From IMG/VR virus record IMGVR_UViG_3300023216_001509: a stretch of 62,979 bases of DNA; one strand, given 5' to 3'. The notes beneath the pieces were generated by a model. It was not told the origin of the DNA. It saw only the letters and a program-made list of their open reading frames with translations, and made no database searches. Positions 49,483-59,485 of the stretch are shown here, in pieces. The stretch's first letter is position 1. Every line of letters starts with the position of its first letter. A program made the position numbers and the translations under genes. Source of the stretch: a virus.

Positions 49483-49914
49483 ATGAAATGGGTGGGTGGG
49501 AAGCTGCTTGGTCTTGTCCTTTCGGTGTTTGTTGATGTGGATACGCTCCAGCCGGTAATCGAAGACAGGTGTGACGTAATTGAAGTCAACCAGGTATTTG
49601 ATCCGACTTGGACTGTCCGCCGTTTCACGCAAGTGATTCTGTATGACTACCGGAACAAGTTTGACCAGGTAAGCGGGGAACGTGAGTGGGATCATTTCAT
49701 TGGAAACTGGCGCATGCTGGAAATGGGGAACGTCCGGTTCTCCCATGTGAAACGGGAGTGGATATTGATTTTCTATGATGACGCGGACGACGTGTTTCGA
49801 ACGGTGAGGGCAACTTCCTACCGTTTCACCAAGGCCAATTTCGACTGCGAAGTGGAGGCACGGAAAAGGTTGCCGGTCAACCAACGAACGCCAATCCTTT
49901 CCCCCATCCCATAG
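49483..49914 (+). CDS. Hypothetical protein
   Basis: Co-directional ORF right after the protease stop. Preferred over the antisense ORF 49372..49884. Confidence 0.35.
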   Translation: MKWVGGKLLGLVLSVFVDVDTLQPVIEDRCDVIEVNQVFDPTWTVRRFTQVILYDYRNKFDQVSGEREWDHFIGNWRMLEMGNVRFSHVKREWILIFYDDADDVFRTVRATSYRFTKANFDCEVEARKRLPVNQRTPILSPIP

Positions 49915-49950
49915 CCAGGTCCATCCAACGTGGAGTGAAAGCGCTCGCTG

Positions 49951-49959
49951 TGTTATATT
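49951..49959 (+). promoter_or_regulatory. Extended -10 element TGtTATATT upstream of terS
   Basis: gctgtgttatatttgtttca. Resembles the 91-110 element. Confidence 0.4.
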
Positions 49960-49994
49960 TGTTTCATGTACGCAATAGCGGGAGGGAGCAAACC

Positions 49995-50783
49995 ATGCCC
50001 AAGAGTGTCTGGAAAGATGAGTTCTACGTCACCTCCTACGAGTTGGCACGAGGGGGAATGTCCGAGCAGAAAATTGCTACCTCGCTGGGGGTGAGCTCTG
50101 CTACTCTAAGGAAATGGAAGACCAACAAACCCGCATTGCGTGATGCTATCGCAAGAGGTCGGGCAGTCGGTGGTGGAGCGAGCGCCACAGCCACGTTCCA
50201 TGAATACATTTTCCAGAAGCTGCCGCCAAACCTTGCCCAGTTGTACAAAGAAATCGAGGCGGTGGAGGCAGAGGAAAACGGGATTGCCCGCATCGAGGCT
50301 ATGCTAGTCAAACAAGGTAAGCGGGCCAGGCAACATCTGTTCCTTCATGCCTTGGTCACATCCAATTTCAACGTCAGCCGTGCCTGTTCCATGGTAAACA
50401 TTTCCCGCAAGACGTTTGAGAGTTGGGTTACGTCCGAACCTGACTTTCAGGAGTTAATGGACGAAATGGATTACCACAAAAAGAACTATTTCGAGTCAGC
50501 CTTGGTTGGGTTGGTAGCAAGGGGAGATAGCAGCGCAACAATTTTCGTGAATAAGACGGTGAACCGTGATCGTGGATACAACGATAAGCTTGACGTGAAT
50601 ATCCAAGGTCACATCGAGCACAACCATGCCCATGCCTTGATCCCAATCAGTGACCTAGAGCTGCCCTTAGAAACACGAACGGCAATCCTCCAGGCTATGA
50701 GGACAAGGAAGTTAGCGTTGGAAAATAACAACGGGAGAAAAGACCTTGAACAGACAGTCGGGGAACGAGCCAGGATTTCGTGA
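49995..50783 (+). CDS. terS: Terminase small subunit candidate (HTH)
   Basis: GGGAGGGAG RBS. GMSEQKIATSLGVSSATLRKWK HTH. Immediately upstream of and overlapping TerL. Confidence 0.55.
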   Translation: MPKSVWKDEFYVTSYELARGGMSEQKIATSLGVSSATLRKWKTNKPALRDAIARGRAVGGGASATATFHEYIFQKLPPNLAQLYKEIEAVEAEENGIARIEAMLVKQGKRARQHLFLHALVTSNFNVSRACSMVNISRKTFESWVTSEPDFQELMDEMDYHKKNYFESALVGLVARGDSSATIFVNKTVNRDRGYNDKLDVNIQGHIEHNHAHALIPISDLELPLETRTAILQAMRTRKLALENNNGRKDLEQTVGERARIS

Positions 50784-52221
50784 GGTAGATTTGGTTCGCA
50801 GTATTTGTGAGGAGTCGTTTTACGAGTTCCTCAAGGAATTCTGGGATGTGATAATCCCTGAAACCCCTGTCTGGAATTGGCACATCGAATATATGTGCAA
50901 CCAACTCCAATCCATGGCGGAACGGGTGTTCGATAACCAGCCCAAACGCTACGACCTGATCGTAAACATTTCACCAGGGAGTACGAAGAGCACCATTGCC
51001 TCGGTTGCCTTCCCTGCTTGGACGTGGACACGTATGCCCACCGCCCGCCACATCTGTGGCAGCCATGCCTTCGACCTTGGGATGGACTTGTCCCGTAGGT
51101 GCCGAGACATACTGCAAGAGACATCCCGCCACGATGGGAAACCGTCCTACCGCGACTGCTGGCCCCACATCCAGCTCAGGGAAGACCAGAACACGAAAGG
51201 CTACTTCGCCAATACGCTCGGCGGGATGCGCAAGAGTGTAACGGTGGGGGGCAAGTCACCAGTCGGGTTTCATGGCCACTTCCTAATTATCGACGACCCC
51301 ATTGATCCGCAGAAGGTACTGTCCGATGCCGAGATCAAGAACGCCAACGAATGGATGAACGAAACCCTGCCCAGCCGTAAAGTCCAGAAAGACATTACCC
51401 CCATGATCCTGATCATGCAGCGCCTCCACCAGAACGACCCCACGGGGAACCGTATGTCCAAGGGGGTGGCAGGGGGCAAGATAAAGCACGTCTGCCTGCC
51501 GGCAGATATGCACGAGGGATACGAGGTGAAGCCAAGGTTCCTCCGCCGCCGATACCAGGATGGCCTGATGGATGCGACACGCATGCCCAGGGAAGTCTTA
51601 ACCGAGGCCCGCGCCCAGCTCGGGGAGTTCGGTTATTCAGGCCAGTATGGTCAACACCCTGTCCCCCTTGGAGGGGCCATGTTTAAGACCGAGCGGATAG
51701 ACATAGACGAAGCACCAGACACTTCACGACTGCGCAAGCGGATACGGTATTGGGACAAGGCAGGGACAGCAGGGGGTGGTGCTTATACGGTGGGTGCGTT
51801 GTTGGGGGTGGACATTGCTGACCGTTATTGGGTGCTCGATATTGTGCGAGGCCAGTGGGACAGCAGCGAGCGTGAAAGGGTGATAGAACAGACAGCGGAA
51901 ATGGATGGTAAGAAGGTGCTCATTGGACTGGAGCAGGAACCAGGGAGTGGTGGCAAGGAATCGGCCGAGTCAACAGTCCGCCGGCTGGCTGGCTACCGCC
52001 TACGAATAGACCGTCCCACTGGAGCCAAGGAATGGCGAGCTGACCCCTTTAGCAGCCAGGTAAACGGACACAATGTATCAGTGAAGAAGGCTGATTGGAA
52101 TGCCCCCTTCCTTGAGGAACTTCGCTTCTTCCCTGCCTCGACTTACAAGGATCAAGTGGACGCGGCCAGTGGGGCGTTCAACATGATCGCCACTATACGG
52201 AAGAAGGTGGGCGCCCTATGA
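50746..52221 (+). CDS. terL: Terminase large subunit
   Basis: ATPase motifs NISPGSTKST and HFLIIDDPID. Nuclease-domain pattern YWDKAGT...GLEQEPGSGGKE...YKDQVDAASGAF. The TTG start is uncertain. Confidence 0.9.
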   Translation: MNRQSGNEPGFREVDLVRSICEESFYEFLKEFWDVIIPETPVWNWHIEYMCNQLQSMAERVFDNQPKRYDLIVNISPGSTKSTIASVAFPAWTWTRMPTARHICGSHAFDLGMDLSRRCRDILQETSRHDGKPSYRDCWPHIQLREDQNTKGYFANTLGGMRKSVTVGGKSPVGFHGHFLIIDDPIDPQKVLSDAEIKNANEWMNETLPSRKVQKDITPMILIMQRLHQNDPTGNRMSKGVAGGKIKHVCLPADMHEGYEVKPRFLRRRYQDGLMDATRMPREVLTEARAQLGEFGYSGQYGQHPVPLGGAMFKTERIDIDEAPDTSRLRKRIRYWDKAGTAGGGAYTVGALLGVDIADRYWVLDIVRGQWDSSERERVIEQTAEMDGKKVLIGLEQEPGSGGKESAESTVRRLAGYRLRIDRPTGAKEWRADPFSSQVNGHNVSVKKADWNAPFLEELRFFPASTYKDQVDAASGAFNMIATIRKKVGAL

Positions 52222-52544
52222 GATACGAAACAGGGCCACATCACCAGCAGCCCATAGGTGACATTCCCGACCATTACGAACAGCTCGCGAGGGTGGTGGA
52301 CAACGTGGACATGGACACCGACTTCCCCGCCTACGTTTACGAAGACCCATTCTTTAGTGACCCGGACTATCCGGTTGCTATGCGATGTATTAACTCTGAA
52401 ACACGTGAGCCATTGCACGTTGTTCTGATCTCGTCGGTCGATGGTGTTTCTTGGTTCTGCTGGATGGTGGAACACAAGCGATTCGAAATCATGGAACTTC
52501 AGATGGATGACGAAGAAACATGGGATGGCGACGAGAGCATATAA
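52218..52544 (+). CDS. Hypothetical acidic protein
   Basis: ATGA overlap with terL. Confidence 0.4.
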   Translation: MRYETGPHHQQPIGDIPDHYEQLARVVDNVDMDTDFPAYVYEDPFFSDPDYPVAMRCINSETREPLHVVLISSVDGVSWFCWMVEHKRFEIMELQMDDEETWDGDESI

Positions 52545-52555
52545 GGTGAACACGC

Positions 52556-53458
52556 ATGCCAGGTACCAAGCAACGGGAACCACGGTTCAACATTAAACGG
52601 ACAGGGAAGAACCTGTTCGATATCACATACGACATCACAGGCAAGCTGTCCAAGTGGGAGGAGTGGATACTGCTGACCAGTGACCGCCATTGGGACAACC
52701 CGCACTCCAACTGGGAACTCCAGAAGGAGCACATGGACGAAGCACTTAGGCGTGGTGCGGCCGTAATCGACTGCGGCGATTTCTTCTGCGCCATGCAGGG
52801 GAAGTGGGACAAAAGAAGTAGCAAGGCAGACCTGCGCCCAGAGCACCAGGTGCCTGATTACTTGGATGCGTTGGTGGGGACAGCGGCCGAGTTCTTCGAA
52901 CCGTATGCCAGCATCATGCCCATTGTCGCAAGGGGCAACCACGAGGCCGCAATTCTGAAGCACCACGAGACATGCCTGATCGAGCGGTTCTGTTCGACCA
53001 TGAAATACAAGACAGGTCACACCATTTTCAACGGTGGTTATTCGGGCTTCTTTCGCATCCGGGTTCGCCAGGACGGGCGCACTCCAGGGCGGATACTGAC
53101 CTGCCATTACAGCCATGGATACGGCGGCGGTGGGCCTGTGACTCGCGGTGTTATCCAGACCAACCGAAGGGCCGTTTATCTGCCCGATGCCGACCTCGTT
53201 GTTTCGGGACACGTTCACGAGCACTGGCAAGTCGAGCTGATGCGGATGCGAGTGGGGCGTCGCGAGATATATCACGACCGGCAACTGCACGTCTGCCTAC
53301 CCACTTACAAGGAGGAGATGGGAACAGGTTTCGAGGGGTGGCATGTTGAGAGTGGAAGGCCACCGAAGCCACAAGGGGCTGCGTGGATGCGGTTGTATTT
53401 TCGGGGCAGCCACGACGCCATTGGAAGGGGGTTGGCGTTCGACATTATCAGGACATAA
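52556..53458 (+). CDS. Calcineurin-like metallophosphoesterase
   Basis: LTSDRHWD, DCGDFF, ARGNHE, VSGHVHEH motifs. Confidence 0.7.
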   Translation: MPGTKQREPRFNIKRTGKNLFDITYDITGKLSKWEEWILLTSDRHWDNPHSNWELQKEHMDEALRRGAAVIDCGDFFCAMQGKWDKRSSKADLRPEHQVPDYLDALVGTAAEFFEPYASIMPIVARGNHEAAILKHHETCLIERFCSTMKYKTGHTIFNGGYSGFFRIRVRQDGRTPGRILTCHYSHGYGGGGPVTRGVIQTNRRAVYLPDADLVVSGHVHEHWQVELMRMRVGRREIYHDRQLHVCLPTYKEEMGTGFEGWHVESGRPPKPQGAAWMRLYFRGSHDAIGRGLAFDIIRT

Positions 53459-53539
53459 CCAGGGAGGCAGGAGGAGATGGTTATTTTGAGGCGGAGATGT
53501 TACCATTCAAGTCTATCCATCTAATGGGAGGGCCGTAAC

Positions 53540-53671
53540 ATGCCGAAGGTTGGAAACAAGCACTTCCCCTATACTGCCAAGGGGGAGCGGGCAGCACGAG
53601 CCCATGCCAAGAAGACAGGGCAACGAGTTGTTATGCCGAAGTCCAGGGCCAGCAAGAAGAAGGGGATGTAA
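53540..53671 (+). CDS. 43-aa very basic peptide (not in the ORF track)
   Basis: GGGAGGG RBS. Translation MPKVGNKHFPYTAKGERAARAHAKKTGQRVVMPKSRASKKKGM. Confidence 0.3.
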   Translation: MPKVGNKHFPYTAKGERAARAHAKKTGQRVVMPKSRASKKKGM

Positions 53672-53673
53672 CC

Positions 53674-55215
53674 ATGCCAACAGATACATCGAAGGGGAAT
53701 GGGAAACCAACGCTCAACGTCCGTGGTGTGATGAACGCTACCGACTCGTTGATGCGGTCGCAGTTCCTGACCAAGCTACTCGACCCACGCCGGGACATAG
53801 ACGACGAGTGCGGTTATCCAAAGGAAATAAGCGCCCAGCAATATCGCTACCTCTACGACCGTGAGGGTATCGCCCAGCGGGTGGTGGCCATGATGCCGAC
53901 CGAGTGCTGGGCGTCTGACCCCCATGTCCGCGAAAACGAAGATGCGGATTTAACCGAGTTCGAGGAGACATGGGAACTGCTTCAAAAGGAAATGAACCTC
54001 TTCCACTTCCTAGCCAGGGCCGATGAGATGTCGGGCATTGGTGCCTTCGGAATTCTGTTGCTTGGCATAGGCGATGGGCAGGACATGGGGCAACCCGTTG
54101 AGGGCATTAGCGAGACAGGGGAGAAGGTGGGCAACGCCCAACACGAGCTGCTTTACTGCCGCGTATTTGATGAGTCGTTGGTCGAGGTTGCCACGTTCGA
54201 AACGGACGAGGGCAATCCCAGGTTCGGCCAGCCCTTAACCTACAACGTCACCTTCGCCGACCCTCGCAACGAGGACACCGTCGGCCTCACCTCCCCCACG
54301 GGAACACAAAAGACGGTTCACTGGACACGGTGCCTCCACCTAGCGGACAACCGCAAGTCGAGTGAGATATTCGGTGTCCCCAGAATGCGCCCAGTTTACA
54401 ATCGCCTCTACGACCTGCGGAAGTTGTTGGGTGGCTCGGCTGAGATGTTTTGGAAGGGGGCGTTCCCAGGGATTGCCTTCGAGGTGAACCCGGACTTGGG
54501 GGACGTGGAATTGGACGCAGCTGCGCTGCGTACAGAGTTCGATGCATACTCGAACGGGCTTCAACGCTACCTCGCCCTCGCCGGAGTGTCAGCTAAGTCC
54601 CTTGCCCCTCAAGTCGCAAATCCCGAGGCTCACATCAACAGCCAGATCAAAGCGATAGCAATCACGCTGTCCATTCCTTGGCGAATCTTTGTTGGTAGTG
54701 AGCAGGCACAGCTCGCCAGTTCCCAGGACAAACATACTTGGAACACAAGGCTGGCCCACCGCCAGCACAAGTATGTCGGGCCGTTGGTGGTTCGCCCGTT
54801 CATAGACAGGCTCATCACGTTCGGCATTCTACCCGAGGTCGAAGAATACTTCGTGGAGTGGGAAGACCTTGCCTCCCCGTCAGACGAGGACAAGGCCATT
54901 GTCGCGGCCAAGGTGGTTGAGGCGATTGCCAAGTATGTTCAGGCTGGCGTGGATACGCTTGTTCCACCGATGGAATTCTTCACGATCATAATGGGCATGC
55001 CGGCCGAACAGGCGGAGGCCATTATTGAGGCAGCGGACGAACAGGCGGACGAGTTGGAACTTGAGGAGGAGGATGTGGAAATGCCTGTGCCACCACTCCC
55101 AGGTGAACCATTACCAGGTGAACCATTACCAGGCGAACCCGTTCCACCACCCATCCCACTCCCAGAGGATGAGGAGGACGAGGACGAAGACGAGGAGGAG
55201 GAGGACGATGAATAA
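53674..55215 (+). CDS. Portal protein (DUF1073-like) with PLPGE repeats and an acidic tail
   Basis: 513 aa, located between the terminase and the MuF-like gene. The N-terminal region resembles DUF1073 portals. C-terminus PLPGEPLPGEPLPGEP...EDEEDEDEDEEEEDDE. Confidence 0.7.
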   Translation: MPTDTSKGNGKPTLNVRGVMNATDSLMRSQFLTKLLDPRRDIDDECGYPKEISAQQYRYLYDREGIAQRVVAMMPTECWASDPHVRENEDADLTEFEETWELLQKEMNLFHFLARADEMSGIGAFGILLLGIGDGQDMGQPVEGISETGEKVGNAQHELLYCRVFDESLVEVATFETDEGNPRFGQPLTYNVTFADPRNEDTVGLTSPTGTQKTVHWTRCLHLADNRKSSEIFGVPRMRPVYNRLYDLRKLLGGSAEMFWKGAFPGIAFEVNPDLGDVELDAAALRTEFDAYSNGLQRYLALAGVSAKSLAPQVANPEAHINSQIKAIAITLSIPWRIFVGSEQAQLASSQDKHTWNTRLAHRQHKYVGPLVVRPFIDRLITFGILPEVEEYFVEWEDLASPSDEDKAIVAAKVVEAIAKYVQAGVDTLVPPMEFFTIIMGMPAEQAEAIIEAADEQADELELEEEDVEMPVPPLPGEPLPGEPLPGEPVPPPIPLPEDEEDEDEDEEEEDDE

Positions 55216-55828
55216 AGTCACAAGCAGCCCAGCCAGTGCAGCAGGCAAGTCACCTGCCTCCGTTATCACAGGCCCAGGAGGGGGCGGCATCACGACGTGG
55301 TCATCCCGGATTGTGGCCAGCGGGGATGATGGCTATTGGGTTGTTGGACAGAGCTTCCACAACAGTGCCACCACCGCTCGGGTCGGATATGAATTCATGA
55401 TGTTCACGCCCATCCATTCGTTCTTCCGCTTCCAGAATGTTACGGTTCCAAACGCCACCACAATTTCAACGGCGACGTTGACGCTGGTGGTTGGCGCTGC
55501 TGCCTCCACTGCATTCAACATGAGAATGAAGGGGGAGGACGTAGACGACTCAGTTGCCTATGCCAATTTGACGGCGGCGAATGACGCAGCAAATACCGGG
55601 GCGAGCGTGGTGTGGCGAGGTGCAGCGTCTTGGGCAACTTCCGACGTGGAGGTCAGCCCAGATATTAAAACGGTGATTCAGGAAATTGTGAATCGGGGTG
55701 GTTGGGCTTCGGGCAATGACTTGACGTTGCGGCTGCATTACGAGGATATCGCCACCGAGGAAGATTACGAGTTCAAAACTTTTGATGATTCGGCGGGCGT
55801 GTCTGCCTTGCTGACCATCCAATACTAA
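55208..55828 (+). CDS. Hypothetical virion-module protein
   Basis: The ATG at 55208 overlaps the portal stop (ATGAATAA). Beta-rich. Confidence 0.45.
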   Translation: MNKVTSSPASAAGKSPASVITGPGGGGITTWSSRIVASGDDGYWVVGQSFHNSATTARVGYEFMMFTPIHSFFRFQNVTVPNATTISTATLTLVVGAAASTAFNMRMKGEDVDDSVAYANLTAANDAANTGASVVWRGAASWATSDVEVSPDIKTVIQEIVNRGGWASGNDLTLRLHYEDIATEEDYEFKTFDDSAGVSALLTIQY

Positions 55829-55839
55829 AGGAGAGAGAA

Positions 55840-56148
55840 ATGGCAGACAAGAGTTTAGTCAAAGTCCTAACAGCAGCTGCGAGTGGTTCCTCCTCGACCT
55901 TGGATTGGCCAGGTGGGGTTGGCCAGATGGCGGTCGCTGGGACGTTCGATGATTGCACGGTGAAACTTCAGATGAGCCCCGACGGCGCGGTCACTTGGAT
56001 TGACGTTGGTGGGGACGCATCCGTAACAGAGGCGGGCGTGGTCAATTTTGACTTGCGCAGTTGTGAAGTTCGTTTAACGATTGCCTCTGCCGGCGGTTCC
56101 ACTGCCATTGATGGCTGGGTCACACGCACCACGGGCCTTTTCGCATAG
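55840..56148 (+). CDS. Hypothetical 102-aa protein
   Basis: RBS AAGGAGAGAG. Confidence 0.45.
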   Translation: MADKSLVKVLTAAASGSSSTLDWPGGVGQMAVAGTFDDCTVKLQMSPDGAVTWIDVGGDASVTEAGVVNFDLRSCEVRLTIASAGGSTAIDGWVTRTTGLFA

Positions 56149-56156
56149 GAACCAGC

Positions 56157-56495
56157 ATGGGCATTCATCGGACAAGATTTGCTTGTCCCGTTTGTTTAAC
56201 TCACCAGGAAACTCAAAGGGGGATGTGCGTGGAATGTGGGAACCTGATTGGTTGCACCGCGGTTGGCCATGACGAGTCCCGCCCATTCTACGGGTGTCAA
56301 GATAATGGTGTTCTCACAGCGGAGATATTGAAACTGAGCAGGGAACGCAACAACCTTCTGTCGGCATTATCCTTGATTGCTAAACATGAACCCGACCCCC
56401 TTATTGCCTACGACTTTCGGGCGTCACAATTGATCAGGGAACTTAAACAGGTAGCGTTGAACGTGTTGAAGGATTATGACGACGACATATCTTAA
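56157..56495 (+). CDS. Zn-ribbon protein (hypothetical)
   Basis: CPVC...CVECG. Confidence 0.4.
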   Translation: MGIHRTRFACPVCLTHQETQRGMCVECGNLIGCTAVGHDESRPFYGCQDNGVLTAEILKLSRERNNLLSALSLIAKHEPDPLIAYDFRASQLIRELKQVALNVLKDYDDDIS

Positions 56496-59484
56496 ACCAG
56501 GCCTCACGCATAACCGCGAGTTCGCTCGGGCGCCACGAGAGTACCCAGCAACGGCGAGGGGCAATCCACTTCAACGTGATCCCACGCGCACCACCATGTT
56601 GCGCAAGAAGTTCATGGCGGATATGAAGAGAAGGTTGCTCGCACTTCGCCGCGCCATCACTTACATCGTGATTGAATTGGATGTCTTCCAACTCAAGGGC
56701 AACACGGGCGGCAATCCGTTTACCGCCAACGCCCCCTTCCGGTTCAGTTCTTACGGGCTACCAGACACCGGACTTGATGCAACCCTTGCCATTCCTCCCG
56801 CTGATTTCCTGGCCGACCCGAGTGCCATTTTCACTGCGGCGTCACCGTCCAGACAATTAACCGCATATCAGATATGGTTCAAGGAACAGGTGGACGCGGG
56901 GCTGCTGCAAGTGGCACCAGGTTTCGAGGATGCGCCGTGGACTTCCCCTTATGTTGAGAGTGCTTACAAGAAGGGCGTGGTGCGTGGCTACAACGATACG
57001 AAAGGACTTGCCGGCCAGGCTGGGCCGTTTGGACAGGGCGCCCAGTCCCAGTTCCTCGAGTCCGCTTTTAGTGGGCCGATAGGAACCCGTCAACTTCAGC
57101 TGCTTGGGACACGGGCGTTCCAACAACTGAAGGGCGTGTCGGCTGCGATGGAACAACAGATGAGCCGGACGCTGGCAGACGGATTAGCGCATGGATTGGG
57201 GCCGCGGGAAATTGCTAGGAACCTCAACAACACGGTGACAGAGTTGGGCGCCAAGCGGTCGCTTGTGATAGCGCGGACTGAAATCATTAACTCGTATGCC
57301 GAGGGCCAACTTGATTCATTCGATATGTTGAACGTGGAAGAAGTTGGGGTCATGGCCGAATGGTCGACTGCCGGCGACGATCGGGTCTGCGACTTGTGCA
57401 ATGATTTGCTGGGCGTGGTGCTGACGGTGAAGGAGGCCCGAGGGTTGCTGCCACGTCATCCGAACTGCCGTTGTGCTTGGTTGCCGGCGATGGTGGGTGA
57501 GAAAGCTGCCGGCAGGAAGACCACGCAAACCCAGATCAAATCCTCCATCAACAAATCGGCCAAGGGGCAGAAGGGGTGGGCAGGGGCAGACAAGACAATC
57601 GCCAAGTCCAGAACCAAGACACCAGGTTTTGACGCCAAGAGCATACTTGGAAAACAAGTAGCGCAACGGGCTCTTGCTGGTACGGCTGGTGAGGCGGCGG
57701 CTGCTGACATTGCCTTCGCACCGGCGGCTGGATTATGGGAGCACAATCCCACGGCTGTCCTTCGTTGGATGGGGACAGAGGGGTTCACGGTTGAAGAAGC
57801 GGCAGCAGTGATGGAGGCAACAGGAACCAACGTCGCCAAGGCCACAATCAAAACCCAACTCAACGCAGGGATCAAAGGGACACGGGGAGCGATTGCCGCA
57901 TTGACCGAGGAACAGGGGGCGGCGTTGAAGTTCTTGCGGTCAGGTGCTGTCCCAGAGTTCACCCAAGCGAAAACCGGAATCGTGAGGTGGATGGGGACAC
58001 AAGATTTGACCTTCGCTGAGGCGAAGGCTGTGCTGGGCGATGCGGGAATAGAGATGGCGGATTCGACCATCCGGGCGCAGCTTCGTGCTGGGAAAATTGG
58101 AACCCGTGGGGCGCCTGCCGAACTTACGCAAACTCAACAGAAGTGGGTGCTGTCCAAACGTGCCAAGCCAGGGCAGGTCAGTAAGCCAGGTGCTGGCGTT
58201 CCGGCGCAACCAACCCCTGCCGGCGCACCGACAACAACGCCCACGAAGGCACCCACGAAGGCGAAGGCTGACGCTGGGCCGACGGGAATGGATGTGGCTG
58301 GGGTGGATGCAAGCGACCCGTTCGTTCAGGAAATATGGGCGGCGGTTGGGGACGAGGGAATTACTTCGGCGGCACATGCGAAGAAGGTTGGCAAGTTAAT
58401 GGACAAGGAAATTAAAAGTCATCCCAAGGTCAAGAAGTTGCAGAAGGAAATCGACAAGGCAAACAAACGCCTCGTCGCAATCGAAAAGGAAATGGATGGC
58501 CTCTCTTATGGCCACCCCAAGTTCAACGAGTTGAGGGAGGAGTTTAAGGAACTTACCCAGAAGATGAATGGGACAGCCTATGCTAATGAGCAGGGCCGTT
58601 TCGGATTGATAGGTAACTACTCCGACGCCTATGCGGAAGCACTTATTGAAACGACTGGTCGTGTCCGGTCAGTGGGTGGCAAATTGAATTATTCTTCTGG
58701 CACCACACCGGAAATGAAGCAGGTTGTGAATGGGGCATGCGAGGCCTTCCCGACTGATTGGGTTGATCTCATAAATGAAAATTGCACGATGAACGTGTCG
58801 GTTGTTGATCGGGGTTACTTCGGCCCGCGGTCGAACATTCGAAGTTCTGTTGAACCATCTGGCGGCACTCGGCGTCCGGGTGTTACGGGCAGGCACAATA
58901 AGCGATCGAACCTTGCTGAGCGTGGGGAAAAGTGGCACCCCAGCGTCAGCGATGCCGAATCCATGAGGAAAACAGGTTGTCATTTGAAACTTAGCGATCG
59001 CCCAGGTGTGAAGGTTCGCGATTCCGTGGTGAAGAAGAATAACGGGAAATATGATTACAAGGGAAAAGTTTACAACCACAGAGTAGCAACTCACGAAACA
59101 ATTCATGGATTGGAATACAGCGCGGGAAACAAATTGACGCAGCTTGAATATGAATTCCTGTCGTCGAGATATGGTGTTGGTGAACTCCCTGTTGTATTCG
59201 AAGACGCGGGTGTGAGGCGGATTGTGTTGGAAGACAAATTTCACCAAGACTATTCCGGGAAAATATATTTGAGGTCAAGCAATTCGGCCGATGGTTGGAT
59301 TGCAGTGGAGGAGGCAACAACTGGGGACGAACTGCTGGCGATGTTTGAGGCCTCGGAAAGCGCGTCTGCGGAAGTGGCGACAATGGGGGTGGAGGATATT
59401 TTGCACGGTGGCCCGTCAGGTGCTCGGTTGATGGACGACGACGATTATCGAGAGTTCATCCTTGGGTTGTTTGGAGGCTTTTGA
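56476..59484 (+). CDS. MuF/SPP1-gp7-type minor head protein extended into a polyvalent protein (two LRWMG-type domains plus a C-terminal HExxH domain)
   Basis: MuF core IARTEIINSYAEGQ...DDRVCDLCN...HPNCRCAW. Also AVLRWMGTEGF and GIVRWMGTQDL repeats, a Lys/Pro/Thr linker, and ATHETIHGLEY. Confidence 0.8.
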   Translation: MTTTYLKPGLTHNREFARAPREYPATARGNPLQRDPTRTTMLRKKFMADMKRRLLALRRAITYIVIELDVFQLKGNTGGNPFTANAPFRFSSYGLPDTGLDATLAIPPADFLADPSAIFTAASPSRQLTAYQIWFKEQVDAGLLQVAPGFEDAPWTSPYVESAYKKGVVRGYNDTKGLAGQAGPFGQGAQSQFLESAFSGPIGTRQLQLLGTRAFQQLKGVSAAMEQQMSRTLADGLAHGLGPREIARNLNNTVTELGAKRSLVIARTEIINSYAEGQLDSFDMLNVEEVGVMAEWSTAGDDRVCDLCNDLLGVVLTVKEARGLLPRHPNCRCAWLPAMVGEKAAGRKTTQTQIKSSINKSAKGQKGWAGADKTIAKSRTKTPGFDAKSILGKQVAQRALAGTAGEAAAADIAFAPAAGLWEHNPTAVLRWMGTEGFTVEEAAAVMEATGTNVAKATIKTQLNAGIKGTRGAIAALTEEQGAALKFLRSGAVPEFTQAKTGIVRWMGTQDLTFAEAKAVLGDAGIEMADSTIRAQLRAGKIGTRGAPAELTQTQQKWVLSKRAKPGQVSKPGAGVPAQPTPAGAPTTTPTKAPTKAKADAGPTGMDVAGVDASDPFVQEIWAAVGDEGITSAAHAKKVGKLMDKEIKSHPKVKKLQKEIDKANKRLVAIEKEMDGLSYGHPKFNELREEFKELTQKMNGTAYANEQGRFGLIGNYSDAYAEALIETTGRVRSVGGKLNYSSGTTPEMKQVVNGACEAFPTDWVDLINENCTMNVSVVDRGYFGPRSNIRSSVEPSGGTRRPGVTGRHNKRSNLAERGEKWHPSVSDAESMRKTGCHLKLSDRPGVKVRDSVVKKNNGKYDYKGKVYNHRVATHETIHGLEYSAGNKLTQLEYEFLSSRYGVGELPVVFEDAGVRRIVLEDKFHQDYSGKIYLRSSNSADGWIAVEEATTGDELLAMFEASESASAEVATMGVEDILHGGPSGARLMDDDDYREFILGLFGGF

Positions 59485-59485
59485 T

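Noticed and set aside
49372-49884. 170-aa minus-strand ORF
   Set aside because: It is antisense to a co-directional rightward ORF in the middle of a rightward operon, with no RBS or promoter. The plus-strand ORF 49483..49914 is preferred, though itself with low confidence.
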